Of a stretch of DNA of 64,000 nucleotides, positions 39,391 to 51,112 are shown in pieces. The DNA lies in NCBI RefSeq assembly GCF_009834535.1, contig NC_045696.1, forward strand, positions 22,136,001-22,200,000, read 5' to 3'. The notes beneath the pieces were generated by a model that was given only the letters and a program-made list of their open reading frames with translations, made no database searches and had not been told where the DNA came from. The first letter of the stretch is position 1, and each line of letters starts with the position of its first letter. The stretch comes from Camelus ferus. Lineage: Eukaryota. A program made the position numbers and the translations under genes.

Positions 39391-39954
39391 TTCTCAACAG
39401 GAGAGTGTCAGAGAACTCAGAGTCATCTTTAACATGCCATATCTCACAAAGTTCCCCCCAAGAGAACACTTCTTGGGGCACCCACATCTGCAACTGGGCA
39501 AGTCAACATAGGCTGCTAAGACCCACCTATAAAAACATACAAGAGGTCTGCCAGAAAGAAGGGGAGTGGGGAGCACTGAGACCAATGCCAAGATGGAGAA
39601 TGAGAAGAGAAAGGCTGCAGTGCAATCAGTATCATTGGTTACGACACTCATGTTGAAGGCAGGAGCCCCTCTGAGAAGAGAGGACAAGCAGAGCAGGGCA
39701 TACATGATCAAGGTAGGTAAGTGTGACACTACAGTGACAATTACATTGTCCTCTGATCCTGCTAGTGAGGGAATTGGGCCACAATTCTTTTCAGGAAATG
39801 ACGGCCCTGAAAAATAGAAAGGCCATATAAAATAAGAGTTACAATCTGTACAGATTTGTTAAAAATAATGAAAACTTTCCTACTTAAACAGCTTTAACAT
39901 GGGAAACCTAAACAACTTTGGACACTTTTTTCACTTCTGCACGCAGTGCATGTG

Positions 39955-40294
39955 TGTGAGACATCCAGAGTGTCCCTTAAGGCCAGATACTCATTTCTCC
40001 AGTCACTGGGAATTTGGCAGCTGATCTGATGTTCTAAGCTGAGTTCCTCCCTGGGAATCACTCTACTCTAAAAAGAGCCACCTGTCCAAAGGGCAGCCCC
40101 CATCCAATTACTGGTCCTTCTCATCAGATTTGGCTGATGCCTTCTTGACAGCTACATTACAATTCAACCCCTCCTTCTGTGCAATCTTACCTCTCCTCCT
40201 CCATAAGAGTTGAACTCAAGCACACTCCCCAGTAAGTTTCTGCACACAAGGCTCCATCTCACAGTTGGCTCCAGGGGAAACTCAGCCATAAATA
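39955..40294 (+). mobile_element. LTR16-type ERVL LTR
   Basis: End motif CACTCCCCAGTAAGTTTCTGCACACAAGGCTCCATCTCACAGTTGGCTCCAGGGGAAAC. Confidence 0.7.
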
Positions 40295-40502
40295 TAGCAG
40301 CAACTGGGGGCAGCAACAATGATGAAAGGAGTCCATGTGTACTTTGGAACTCCAGGGAGTGACCAGGTGAGACTCAACGAGCCACACAGGGCACTTACCA
40401 GTTACACTGCCCCCATCAGGAGCACCTCAGAATGGCAGCCACACAACCACGGGAAAGGGCTCTGCATGCTTCCTGCGGGTGAGCCTTGTTCTCTACTCCA
40501 TT

Positions 40503-40714
40503 CAGCCGTGTGCTGGCAAACTGGCTCTCTCGGGGGAAAAAAGAGCCCTGACTTATAGCCTTTGCCATTATTTGTGGTGTATAAGTACTCCTACCAGCTG
40601 ATTTCCAGCTATAGACTGTTTAACAACTGGACTGCTGACTGAATTTAACAAATTCCTAAACATTTCACCATCAGCTCTAGGGGACCAGTAAGAGCCGCTC
40701 CCAGTGCATCACTG
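40503..40714. mobile_element. MER63A-type hAT-Blackjack MITE
   Basis: Terminal inverted repeats CAGCCGTGTGCTGG / CCAGTGCATCACTG, with internal GGGGGAAAAAAGAGCCCTGA. Confidence 0.8.
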
Positions 40715-41536
40715 CATGTGAGCAAACTGTCCTGCTTGGACCTGCTTGGACCACTGTGAGCACCAACCTCACAGCAAACCTGGTCAGTGGCCCAGGCTTC
40801 TTGTGGCATGAGAACCAGAAAAAGATCACAGCAGTTTAAGCAAAGCAGTCAGATGCTCTCTGGGTGAACCTGAACACGAGGTGCACACAGTATACGAGCA
40901 GCAGACACCAGGGAGTAAAAGCTAAGAAGGCAGATGCAGCGGTGCCACGCGGACCAGGAAGTGGTGGGAACTGCGAGCGAGCGAGTCGGAGTGAGAGATA
41001 ACCGGCTGGTGGCAAGAACAGGAAATGAAAGACACTCTAAGCCATGCAGAGGCAGGAAGGCCAGCTGAGCCGTCTTGAGGGTGGGGCCGCACAGCAGGGC
41101 AACCAGCCTCCGCGTTTGACATGGTGCCTCCAGAGCTGCGTCAGACCCTGGGCAGAAGTAAGAGCTCTGCTGAGTGGACTGCCCGTCCAGCTGAGGAGAT
41201 CTCCATCCACCTTATGTCCATGCCTTACAATCAGCCCCTGTTATTTGAAGTAATCAGAGAGAATCACTGTGGCTTGCAAAGACACCAGTTTATTAAACCC
41301 TGGTCAACATCTGAGCTTAACAGCCACAAGGCAGAAACAAATTCAGAGTGCGTGCAAAGGTTGTTGACATTATCGGAAGCAATCCAAAATAAAGGCAGCA
41401 GAATCCCTGTGACAACAAGGGAAAGACAGAGCCATTTTCTTCTGAGGGGCTAAACATCCAACAAGGCAGCGTGATTAAGTCACTCCTTTGCCTGCTAGTG
41501 AAGGGAGCATGTGTTAGGGACTTGAGTACCACTCCT

Positions 41537-42450
41537 TATTCATTCAACAAATATTTAATGAATGTCTATTCTGAGAGCCCCACACTGTGTGGGACTCTGG
41601 GGATGCAACAGTAATCAGAAACAGACAGACTCTCCATCATGAAGCCTTGAGTCTAGTGGGGGAGATAAATATTTGATCCAAAGATGTCCATAGAAAACAT
41701 AGAAATCAACTCTGCCAAGTGCTAAGAAGCAAAGACACAGGGTTCCATGAGACTTCACTGCAGGGTTGACCTGATTTGACTTGGATAAGAAGGTCACAGA
41801 AGGAGTCCCTGAAAACTGATAGTGAATTGAGATCTGAACAATGTGTTCAAGTGAAGAGAGGAGGAAAGGGTACTGAGGAAAACCAGGAACTGCAGGTACA
41901 AAAGCACAGGCAAAGGGAGCATAGGGAACTGACCAGTCTTTGGATTCAAAGCAGAGTCTTGGACCAGCAGCATTGGCATCACCTGGGAGCTGGTTAGAAC
42001 TGCAGACTCTCCAGACTCTCAGATCTACTTAATTGAAACCTGCATCTTAACAATATTCTCAAGCGATTTGCACACACTTTAAAATTTGAGAGACTAAAAG
42101 GATACCAGTGTGGCTGGACCTAAGAAAGTGAGAGGTGAGGCATGGTATGGGCCCAGGCTGGACAGGCAGGCAAAGCCCAATGCCCTGCACTTTATCAGCC
42201 ATGTGTAGGAGTTTGGCTTTATTCTAAAGGTACTGAGAAGTCATGAAGGGTTTTATGGATGTGTGTGATGGGGGGAGGCAGGGGGAAATTCAAATGCAAC
42301 ATACAAACTTTTCAGACAGGAGCAGAAGTCAATGTGATTTGCAGTTAAGAAGGTGATTACTATGGTACGAGCTAGAGAAGAGGGGAGTTTGAGATACAGA
42401 AATGGAGGTGGAGTTGGGAAGAACTGAATGAATCTGAAAAATATTCAGGG
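41537..42450 (-). mobile_element. L2 3' end (L2a-like) containing a MER5A1-like MITE at ~41935-42095
   Basis: TTATTCATTCAACAAATATTTAATGAATGTCTA tail; nested GGACCAGCAGCATTGGCATCACCTGGGAGCTGGTTAGAA. Confidence 0.8.
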
Positions 42451-42459
42451 AATAAGTAA

Positions 42460-42583
42460 TCAACCCTGCTGACATCTTCATTTCAGACTTCTAGCCTCCA
42501 GATCTGTGAGAGAATAAACTTCTGTTACCTTAAGCCTCCCAGTTTGTGGTATTTTGTTATGGCAGCTTTAAGAAACTAATACA
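42460..42583 (+). mobile_element. MLT1C/D-type LTR 3' fragment
   Basis: CAGACTTCTAGCCTCCAGATCTGTGAGAGAATAAA...TTTGTTATGGCAGC...AAACTAATACA. Confidence 0.85.
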
Positions 42584-44176
42584 GGAGATATTTTCTGATA
42601 TCCAAGAAGAGATGATTATGTGGGTTAAAATTTGGATCTGAAACTGAGCAATTACCCTAATGAAGGCTCTTAGCTAGACCCTGCTATTATTAAGATCAGC
42701 GCCTCTGATAATATCCCTCTTCACTATTGCACCCTTGGAAATATGGGCACTCAGCCTTTGTTGAAAAGAACAGTTATGAGATCCTAAGTACCTCATCAGA
42801 CATCTGAGAGTTGAGAAAAGACAGACATGAAAGAAAAGGGAATGTTAACAGGAAAGCAAGATATGGTAGAGAACACTGGGAAAGTTGTGTTACGGGAGTG
42901 CTCCAACTTCTGCTAAAGGGCAGAAGATACTTTTCTTGTGTTTGAGATTGGTGTGTTATATACATACCTGGCTATAGTAGCTGCCCAGAAGTCTCTCGGA
43001 GAGTTTCCCTATTTCAGTCATCACTTTTTAAGAAGGGCTGGGAGATAATCTTTCTGGGCCTTTCCTGGGATGTAAACACCACTATCAATTCCCTGTGAGA
43101 TTCTAAAGGTCATCCTCATTTATTATGAACCAGTTGACTTCCCAGGTATCAGAAATCAAATCACTGCAGCAGGCACACCATCAGTGTTGTTCTACATCTA
43201 GCACCACCTCCAGGGTAACTGGGCCTTGAGTCCGGAGGAGACCAACTGACTGAGAACACAGGCTGCTCAGGAATGAAAATCACATTGTTCATCCTGCCTG
43301 GGTGTCCCTGGGTTTCTGTGCGTGATAGGTAGCCCATTCCTCCTCCAGAGCTGGCTGAGAGGGATTAGCCTAGCCTGGTCCTAAACAGTGTTTGGCCCCG
43401 AGCAGGATTATAAATTAATATGAGCCACTAGAGAGCGAGGAATAACAAAGATGTTTCACATAGATTCAAATGATTTGTGATTTAAGGGTTCACATCTAGT
43501 TTGGTCGTCCAGGACTTGAAACCATATTTTCACAGATAAAATGGTGCTGCTAAGGGATTCTAAGAGTGTCCACCTAACATAGCCAAACTCACTGAATGTG
43601 ACTATTTGTAAATGATTACTGCATGAAACCCTCTCCAGAGCACCCTCTGGAATTCCTGGAACATACAGACCTGATAGTCAAATCAAAGACCCCCCTCCCT
43701 TCTCCCCTGGCTCCTATCCCTATCCACCTACTGCACAATCAGAAGTAAATATTTCCACACATCTAAGCCAAGTGAAGCAAAAGTACCTCTGAGCAACACA
43801 CAGAGAAGGGCTTGTGCAGTAGAGAACTCTAGGTGGTCAGGGACTCTCTAACCAGTCTCTCTCTCCCACTGAATTCTTACCTCTCTCCTGGGCCCCTCTT
43901 ACTGCCAACTGCTTAACTAAACTGTGCTACATGGATCCTCTCTACAGGCCTAGGTATAAACCAAAACCTTACTTTCCCCTTTCCCTGCTCAAAGCAAAGG
44001 AAAATGAATATTTCTAAAAGAGAAATTTAACAACAAAAACAATAAAAAACTAAAATAAAAGAAAATGCAAAAGCATGAGTAAATGTTCAATTTAGATGTC
44101 ACTGCCCAAGTGGCCCATGGATTGGGGAACAGACTGATATAAATACCTAGGAAGGAATTGTTGCTCACTTGGCTAG

Positions 44177-44652
44177 TGAGACAGGCTGGAACCTGGGACC
44201 TGGGCCCCTTTGCTGCAATGCTTGCACCTGGACAAATGTCTCTTCAAGCAACAGGATACAAATAAACTATAAGGGACTAAAAATAACTGCATGTATATGC
44301 AGTTGGGGCAAATTATGAACAAGATACAAAAAGACCAAAAACCCAACTGCCACTTCTAAGATGTCAGGAGCAAAAGCAAGGTATGGCACATGATCCCTGC
44401 ACACAGCCTCAATAAGGATGCGGACATGTCATCTAAGTCACCTCTCTGGCCCAACCTCTGGACCCACCCCTACCCTCACCGCATTTAAGGGACCAGCTTG
44501 CCCCAACTCAGCAAGAAGGCAAAGGATCCTGTTTCTTGTTTTTACTCCCTTGTGCTGAAGCACAAGTCTCAATAATGCCTCACCTGAGTTTCTCATCTGG
44601 CCTCTTATCAATTTCTGTTGATTACAGAGTCCAAGAACCCAGACTGGTATCA
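44177..44652 (+). mobile_element. ERV1-class solo LTR (cetartiodactyl type) with perfect 4-bp TSD
   Basis: TG...CA termini flanked by CTAG (44173-44176) and CTAG (44653-44656). Confidence 0.88.
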
Positions 44653-45964
44653 CTAGCATACAGCACAGGTGGTGTTTCTGCTCTGCTCATTCCCCAGCTG
44701 AGAGCTGCTCTCCCTATCTGTAGTGCTTGCTTCCGTACACATGCTAGCCATGAGTTGGTCCATGCAGACTCACTAAAGCAAGACTTTCAGGTAGATATGA
44801 GAGGACAGAAGAGAGGAGTGAATAATTTAAGACTTTGATGTCTACTCTGGTAAGAAGTATTAGGTGTCACCAAGCCAATTATGGGAGTGATGAGAGCTTT
44901 GGGAGTCAGAAGCCAACCCTGGCAACTGGGCTACACTTTGATGTTCCTTCTTGTCCTCTTTACAGTGCTGGGTTGTGCAACCAGTCTTCCTGTCTCTTTC
45001 GATCTGAAGCAGGAGGGTAAAGGCTCACCCCTGCTCAGCAGATGGTGATACCACGGGTCCCTGCCTTTGAGATAATCTGCTTTCCTTGGAAGCAAATGAA
45101 GTAACCAGAGATTCTTTAGCCAGGAGGAATGGGGCTGTCTTTGAAAACTCTCCCAGGTTGCAGCTCCTCAGCTCAACTGATCTATATTGGGGAATGAATG
45201 TGAACCTGTAGGGAACTGAGAGTACAAAGATAACAAAAGTGTAGCAAAGACAAATAGTCTTAGCTAACCCCGCCTATTTCCTGTACACGTTGTCCATGAT
45301 GATTCAAGAGGAACAATACCAGCAGAGGGAGAAGGAGAGAACTGAGGAGGGTAGAGGGAAGAAAAAAGAAGGAAGAGGAGGCAGAACAGAGGAAAAGGGA
45401 GAAGGATAAAGAGAAGAAAGCGAGATAAAAGGAAGGAGGGAGAAGAGGGTGAGGTGATTAAAGAGGAAAATAATGAGGCTTTAGGAGCTACTTTGGAATG
45501 CCTATCTGACTTCCCCAGACCCTGGCTTTCCTACTCTGCAGCCAAGGTCTCTGATGATTATCTCCCAGCGCAGCTCTTGCCTGACCCTATTCCATACTCA
45601 GAGAAAGGTGATTCCTTAACCACAGCCTTTCTTCTGATATGTCTCAGAATTAACTCAATCTCCTAGGACAAGCCCCAGTGACCAAGTAAGAGGAGCTGTA
45701 CTCCACAGTTGTCTGCTGGCTAAGATTCTTTTGCTACTAAACAAAACCTGGACTTGGTATCATTTGTTTTCTTACCAAATATTTTGATCCAGCTATAAGC
45801 TTCTGCCTTACTCTCCTCATTTCTGACTGACTGTTTCCCTAAAATTCCAGGTCCTTCTAAACCTGCCGTCACCCATTCCTAACCAGAGGAGTAGAGTCTC
45901 TATCTTTGCCCCATCTGGTTCCTGTCTTGTTCCTGCTAGCTATCCTGCTGTCTTGGGTCTCAAA

Positions 45965-47354
45965 AATATAAACAGAATCCTCAGCAAAATTCTAATAAGC
46001 CAATTCAACAACACATTAAAAGATTATACACCATGACCAAGTGAGACTTGTCCCTGGGACACAAGGATGGTTTAACTTTGAAAATTAATGAATACACCAC
46101 ATTAACAGAACAAAGAATAAACAAGTCACATGATCATCTCATAGATGAAGAAAATCTCTTGACAAAATTCAACACCCTTTCATTATAAAAACACTTCACA
46201 AACTAGGAATGAAGGGAAATTACCTCAAAATAATAAAGGTCATATATGAAAAGCCCACACCTAACATCATACTCAACAGCGAAAAGTGAGAAGTTGCCCC
46301 TCTAAACTAAGGAACAAGGAAAGAATGCCCACTCTCACCACTTTTATTTAACATAGTACTGGAAATGCTAGCCAGGTCAATTAGGAAAACTAAAGAAGTA
46401 AAAGCCATCTAATTTGAAAAGGAAGAAGTAAAATGATCTCTGTTCACAAATGACACAATCTTATACACAGAAAAAACCTAAAGTTTACCCCCAAAACTAT
46501 TATTTTTTGTAGAAATAGGGAAAAAAAACCTAAAATTAATTTGGAACCTCAAAGGACTCCAAATAGTCAAAATAATCCTGAGAAAGAACATAGCTGGAGG
46601 CCCTATATGTTCTGATTTCAAAATATATTACAAAACTATACTAAGCAAAACAATATGGTACTGGCATAAAGACAGACATATCCACCAATAAATAGAATAG
46701 AGAGTCCAGAAATAAACCCTAATCTATAAGGTCAAATGATCTTCAACAAGGGCACCAAGTCTACACAGTAGGGAAAAGATAGTCTTCTTCAACTAATAGT
46801 GTTGGGAAAACTGGATATCTATCTGCAAAAGAGTGAAGTTGGATCCTTACCTTTGAGTATACAAAAATAAACTCAAAATGGATTAAGGACCTAAACATAA
46901 GACCTTAAATTATAAAACTACTAGAATAAAACATAGAGAAAGACCTTCATGATACTGTATTGGGCAAATATTTCTTGAATATGACACCAAATGTATAGGT
47001 AGCAAAACCAAAAATAGGCAAATAAGAGTTCATCAAACTTAAAAACTTCTCCACAGCAGAGGAAACAACAGAATAAAAAAGGCAACCTACAGTTGGGAAG
47101 AAATATTTGTAAACCATATATCTGACATCCAGAATATATAAAATCCTCATACAACTCAACAACAAAAAACTAAATAACCTCCTTTTAAAAATGAGCAAAG
47201 AACTTGAACAGTCATTTCCCAAAGAAGTTAAGCAAATTGCCAAGAAGCATATGAAAAGATACTCAACATCACTGATTATCATATAAATTATCATAGAAAT
47301 GTAAACCACAATGAGCTATCACTTCATACCTACCCACTAGACTGACCACTATCA

Positions 47355-47398
<44 letters not shown>

Positions 47399-48066
47399 AG
47401 AAAGAAAGAAAAGAAAATAACAAGTGTTGGCAAGGATGTAGAGAAGTTGGAACCTCTGTGCACTGTTGGTGGAAGTCTAAAATGATGCAACTACTATGGA
47501 AAACAGTATAGAAGACTCCTCAAAAAATTAGAAATAGAATTAACACATGACCCAGCAATCCTACCTCTTGTTATATATCCAAAATAATTGAGTACCCAAT
47601 CTCAGAGATATTTGCACACCCATGTTCATTGCAGCATTAAACACATTGGCCAAGAAGTGCAAGCAACCTAAATGTCCACCAATGAATAAAGAAAAAATAT
47701 GTACACATACACAGTGGAATATTAGTCAGCCTTAAAAAAGGAAATACTGTCATATACTACAACATGGATGAATTCTGAGGACACTCTGCTAAGAGAAATA
47801 AGCTAGTCACACAAAAAAAAGGCAAATACTGCATGATTCCACTTATGAGAGGTACCTAACATAGTCAAACTCATAGAAACAGAGAATAGAATGTGGGCAC
47901 CAGAGGCCAAGGAAAGAGGAAGATGTTTCAGTTTTGCAACATGACAAAGTCCTAGAGATCTGCTAAACAAAAATATGCATCTAGTTAACACTACAGCCCT
48001 ATACACTTAAAAATAGTAAAGTTGGTAAATTTTATATTACGTGCTCTTTACCAAAATTTTAAAAAA
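45965..48066 (+). mobile_element. 5'-truncated L1 (L1MA/L1MB-type): decayed ORF2 RT and C-terminal region plus 3'UTR
   Basis: CACCATGACCAAGTG, TTGACAAAATTCAACACCC, decayed F(A)DD motif TCTCTGTTCACAAATGAC, TGGTACTGGCATAAA. Many stops; internal deletion near 46500. Confidence 0.92.
47354..47417. repeat. (GAAA)n microsatellite inside L1
   Basis: Read directly from the sequence. Confidence 0.95.
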
Positions 48067-48490
48067 TGTAGAACAACCCAGGTGTCCTTCAACAGATGAA
48101 TGGATAAGCAAATTGTGATATATACATATAAGTGATTCAGCCATAAAAGAGGGATGGAATTCATGCTACAGCCTCAAAGACACCATGCTAAGTAAAAATA
48201 GCTGGAGACAAAATGTTATACATAATATGATTCTATTTATAGAAAATGTGTGGAATAGGTTAATTCATAGAGATAGAAAGCTAATGAGTGGTTGTTAGGG
48301 GATAGGAGGAAGGAGAGAATGTAGAATAACTCCTTAGTGGATATAGGGTTTTCATGGGGGATGTTGAAAATATTTTAAAACTGGATATAGGTGGTGCTTA
48401 TGCAATACTGTGAATGTACTAAATGCCACTGAGTTGTTCACTTTAAAATGATTAATTTTATGTTATGTGAATTTCATCTCAATAAAAAAT
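48067..48490 (+). mobile_element. Second L1 3' end (L1MB-type) abutting the first
   Basis: CAACCCAGGTGTCCTTCAACAGATGAATGGATAAGC...TTATGTGAATTTCATCTCAATAAAAAA. Confidence 0.85.
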
Positions 48491-48699
48491 CAAAACATTA
48501 ATTATATGTTTAACATTAAATATATAATAAGACATTATACATAGATAGTAAGAGCTCTTGGACCAACAACCTCTTACTATCTAACTAGATTAGACAGTTG
48601 GGACCATCCACTATAAATCCCTCAATTTTAAATCCCATCACCTTGCATGCAAACATGTGGACATGCACAGTTTTACTTACCTCATTTCATGCTAGGAGA

Positions 48700-50200
48700 A
48701 TGAGGTATCTTTCCCATTTGAAGGTAACTCCTCCACATCCCTTCATTCTTTTTTCCAAGCTCTCATCCTTCCAACTTTCACTTTCTCGTAAATATGCAAT
48801 CTCTTCCTTCCTATTTTTCCCTCCTCTTTAGTGTATAAATAGTCCCATCTCTTCCACCCTAAAAAAAAATATTTTACTAACCTTGTACTGCTCCCTATAA
48901 TTTGCCTCCTTCCATTCTCTGCCAAGTTTCTCCAAAAGCAGTCAGAATTCACTTTCTGCTTCAATTTGCCTCCCCAAGGTCAACAATGACCCAGGTAATC
49001 TTTGATGAAAAAGAATACGAAAACAAATATATGCATGTATATGCATGACTGGGAAATTATGCTGTACACCAGAAATTGATATATTGTAACTGACCATACT
49101 TCAATAAAAAAATAAAAATAAAAAAGCATTGACTCCATACTGTTAACATCTAATGAGCATTTAAGTCTTTACAGTAAAAACAACTCCTTTGATCTCTTTC
49201 CATGCTTCCTTTGTTGATACTATCTCCATCCACTCTTAAAATACTCTTGTTCCCAACAGCCCATTTCCAGCCCACGCAGGCTACACACTCTGTGTAATTT
49301 CAATCACTTGTGGTTTTAACAACCATCTATGTGATAATGATGAATCTCTAACCTACAGTTCTGACTGAGTCTTCTCCCAAAGCCTCAGACACCCAGTTCC
49401 TTACACAACAATTCCACTTGGATGTCCCAGGAAAACCTCAGGCTCGGCATGTCTAAAATAACACATCCACTTTCATACAAAGATTTCTCCTTCCATAGTA
49501 CCCACAGCCACCCAATTAACTAAGCCAAAAACCTGAAATTCACCTTTGAATCTTTAAAATTCCTAATTTTACTCTCTCCTATAAAGGTATTTTAGAAATC
49601 GCATACTTCTGCTAATTATACCTTAAATATTTCTCAGAATTGTAGATCAGACGATAAGGTCATGTCACTCCCTGCTTAAAAGTCTCCAATGGCTTTTCAT
49701 GGCATTTGGCATAGAATGAAAATTTGAAGGCTGCATGTAATCTGCCCTCCCTCCCTCTCCACGCACATCTCCTACAGCTTGGCCCCTCTGCTACTGGGCT
49801 GTGGCCCGTGTCTCTTTGGTTTCTCCACGTACTCAAGCTCATTCCTATCTCCAGGTTGTGTCATTTGAGGTTTCCTCTTCCTGGAAATGTTTCCTGTCCA
49901 CCCTTTACACGGCTTGCTCTTTTCTTCCATCTGCTTCTCAACATAAAAGCCATGTCTGAGAGCCCTAACCCTGCTCCACCACCCTCAACCAGCAGACCCT
50001 CTCATGCGGCATCACTTTTATTTTCTTCATGGCATTGATCACTATTTGAATTGTCTGATTTGAGTACTTCCTTGTTGTCTGTCTCTATTACTAGAATAAG
50101 CCCTTATCACTGTGGAAACATTGTGTTTGTTTAACTTGTTTTGGGCTCATCTCCTCTATTAAAATTTAAATTTTATGAGAGTGAGGATTTTGTATATATC
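48700..50200 (+). mobile_element. L2 LINE relic
   Basis: CCAAGGTCAACAATGAC, TTCCACTTGGATGTCCCA, GTCATGTCACTCCCTGCTTAAAA and TGTCTGTCTC occur in L2 order. Confidence 0.8.
48991..49124 (+). mobile_element. Very short young L1 3' end with A-tail, nested in L2
   Basis: GCATGACTGGGAAATTATGCTGTACACCAGAAATTGA...ACTTCAATAAAAAAATAAAAATAAAAA; possible TSD AACAATGAC/AGCATTGAC. Confidence 0.85.
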
Positions 50201-50938
50201 TTATACAGCTGACTTCAGTCCTTCTCCTGGCAGGTCTTGGATTCTTCTCTCACCCTCCAGACTCTATACGGCTGATGTCCCAGCAAGCTTTGTGCCTGGT
50301 CTTGACTGAAATAGGACAGAGAGAGAGAAGACAAAAAACTCTCTCCATTCACCTTCTAAGAAAAGTCTGAAGTTCCTAGTTTCTGAGTAGTGCTAAAAGT
50401 CCCTTGGCCCTCACAATGGTAGCACCATGTTCACACAAACTCTCCATGATTCAACACTTATTAGGCACCTTCTACATGCCTTCTACTATATTAAGGGTTG
50501 TATGCATTACACTGTCCTACAAGAGCTCATAATTTTGTCAGGGAAGACATACAAGAGACTGTAACATCTTAGAGTATCTGAGACAGATCTAGTTGCTGGA
50601 TCACGTGTCCTGGTTTGTGATTCAGAACCTTGACCTTATAACTATAAACTTAGCATGATTTGCTGGTAGAATCAAGGGAAACTTCACAACATCGTTAGTT
50701 GGATCTTGATGTAACTATGGGACATTTCTGGCTGGAGAAGATGGAGAACAGCATTCAAAGCAATGTGACAAATATAAGCAAATATACAGAAGTGAGTGGG
50801 ATCAAGCACTAGGGAAGAGAGCAAGAGAAGGGAAAAAAAAAAGAACCCACTAAGGTGAACACTACAAAATGACAAGAGCTTGGTGGCTGAGAGCCTTGAA
50901 TGTTGTGGTGGGGAGTGTTAATTTTTCCCCCTCTAATT

Positions 50939-51112
50939 CAGTAATTCCTCACACCTGAGCTGAACTGGATACATAAGAATTGCCTGGAAAATGTATTTAA
51001 AATAGATATTCGTGGGAGTCAGACCTGGATGATCTGATTCAGAGCACTTGGAATGGATATCTGGACTGTTACTGAGAAATTCAGATGATGAGCTCAGGTT
51101 GGGAACCACGAC
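50939..51112. mobile_element. MER5-family MITE, degraded
   Basis: AGAATTGCCTGGAAA...TCTGATTCAG...CAGGTTGGGAACCAC. Confidence 0.6.

Noticed and set aside
40731..40752. Short direct repeats (CCTGCTTGGA x2; also ATGGTGCCTGGC x2 near 18125-18154)
   Set aside because: Ordinary micro-duplications with no array or spacer structure.
45962..48075. Possible TSD AAAAATATAAACA / AAAAATGTAGAACA around the large L1
   Set aside because: Both copies can be explained as L1-internal A-rich sequence, so the match is ambiguous.
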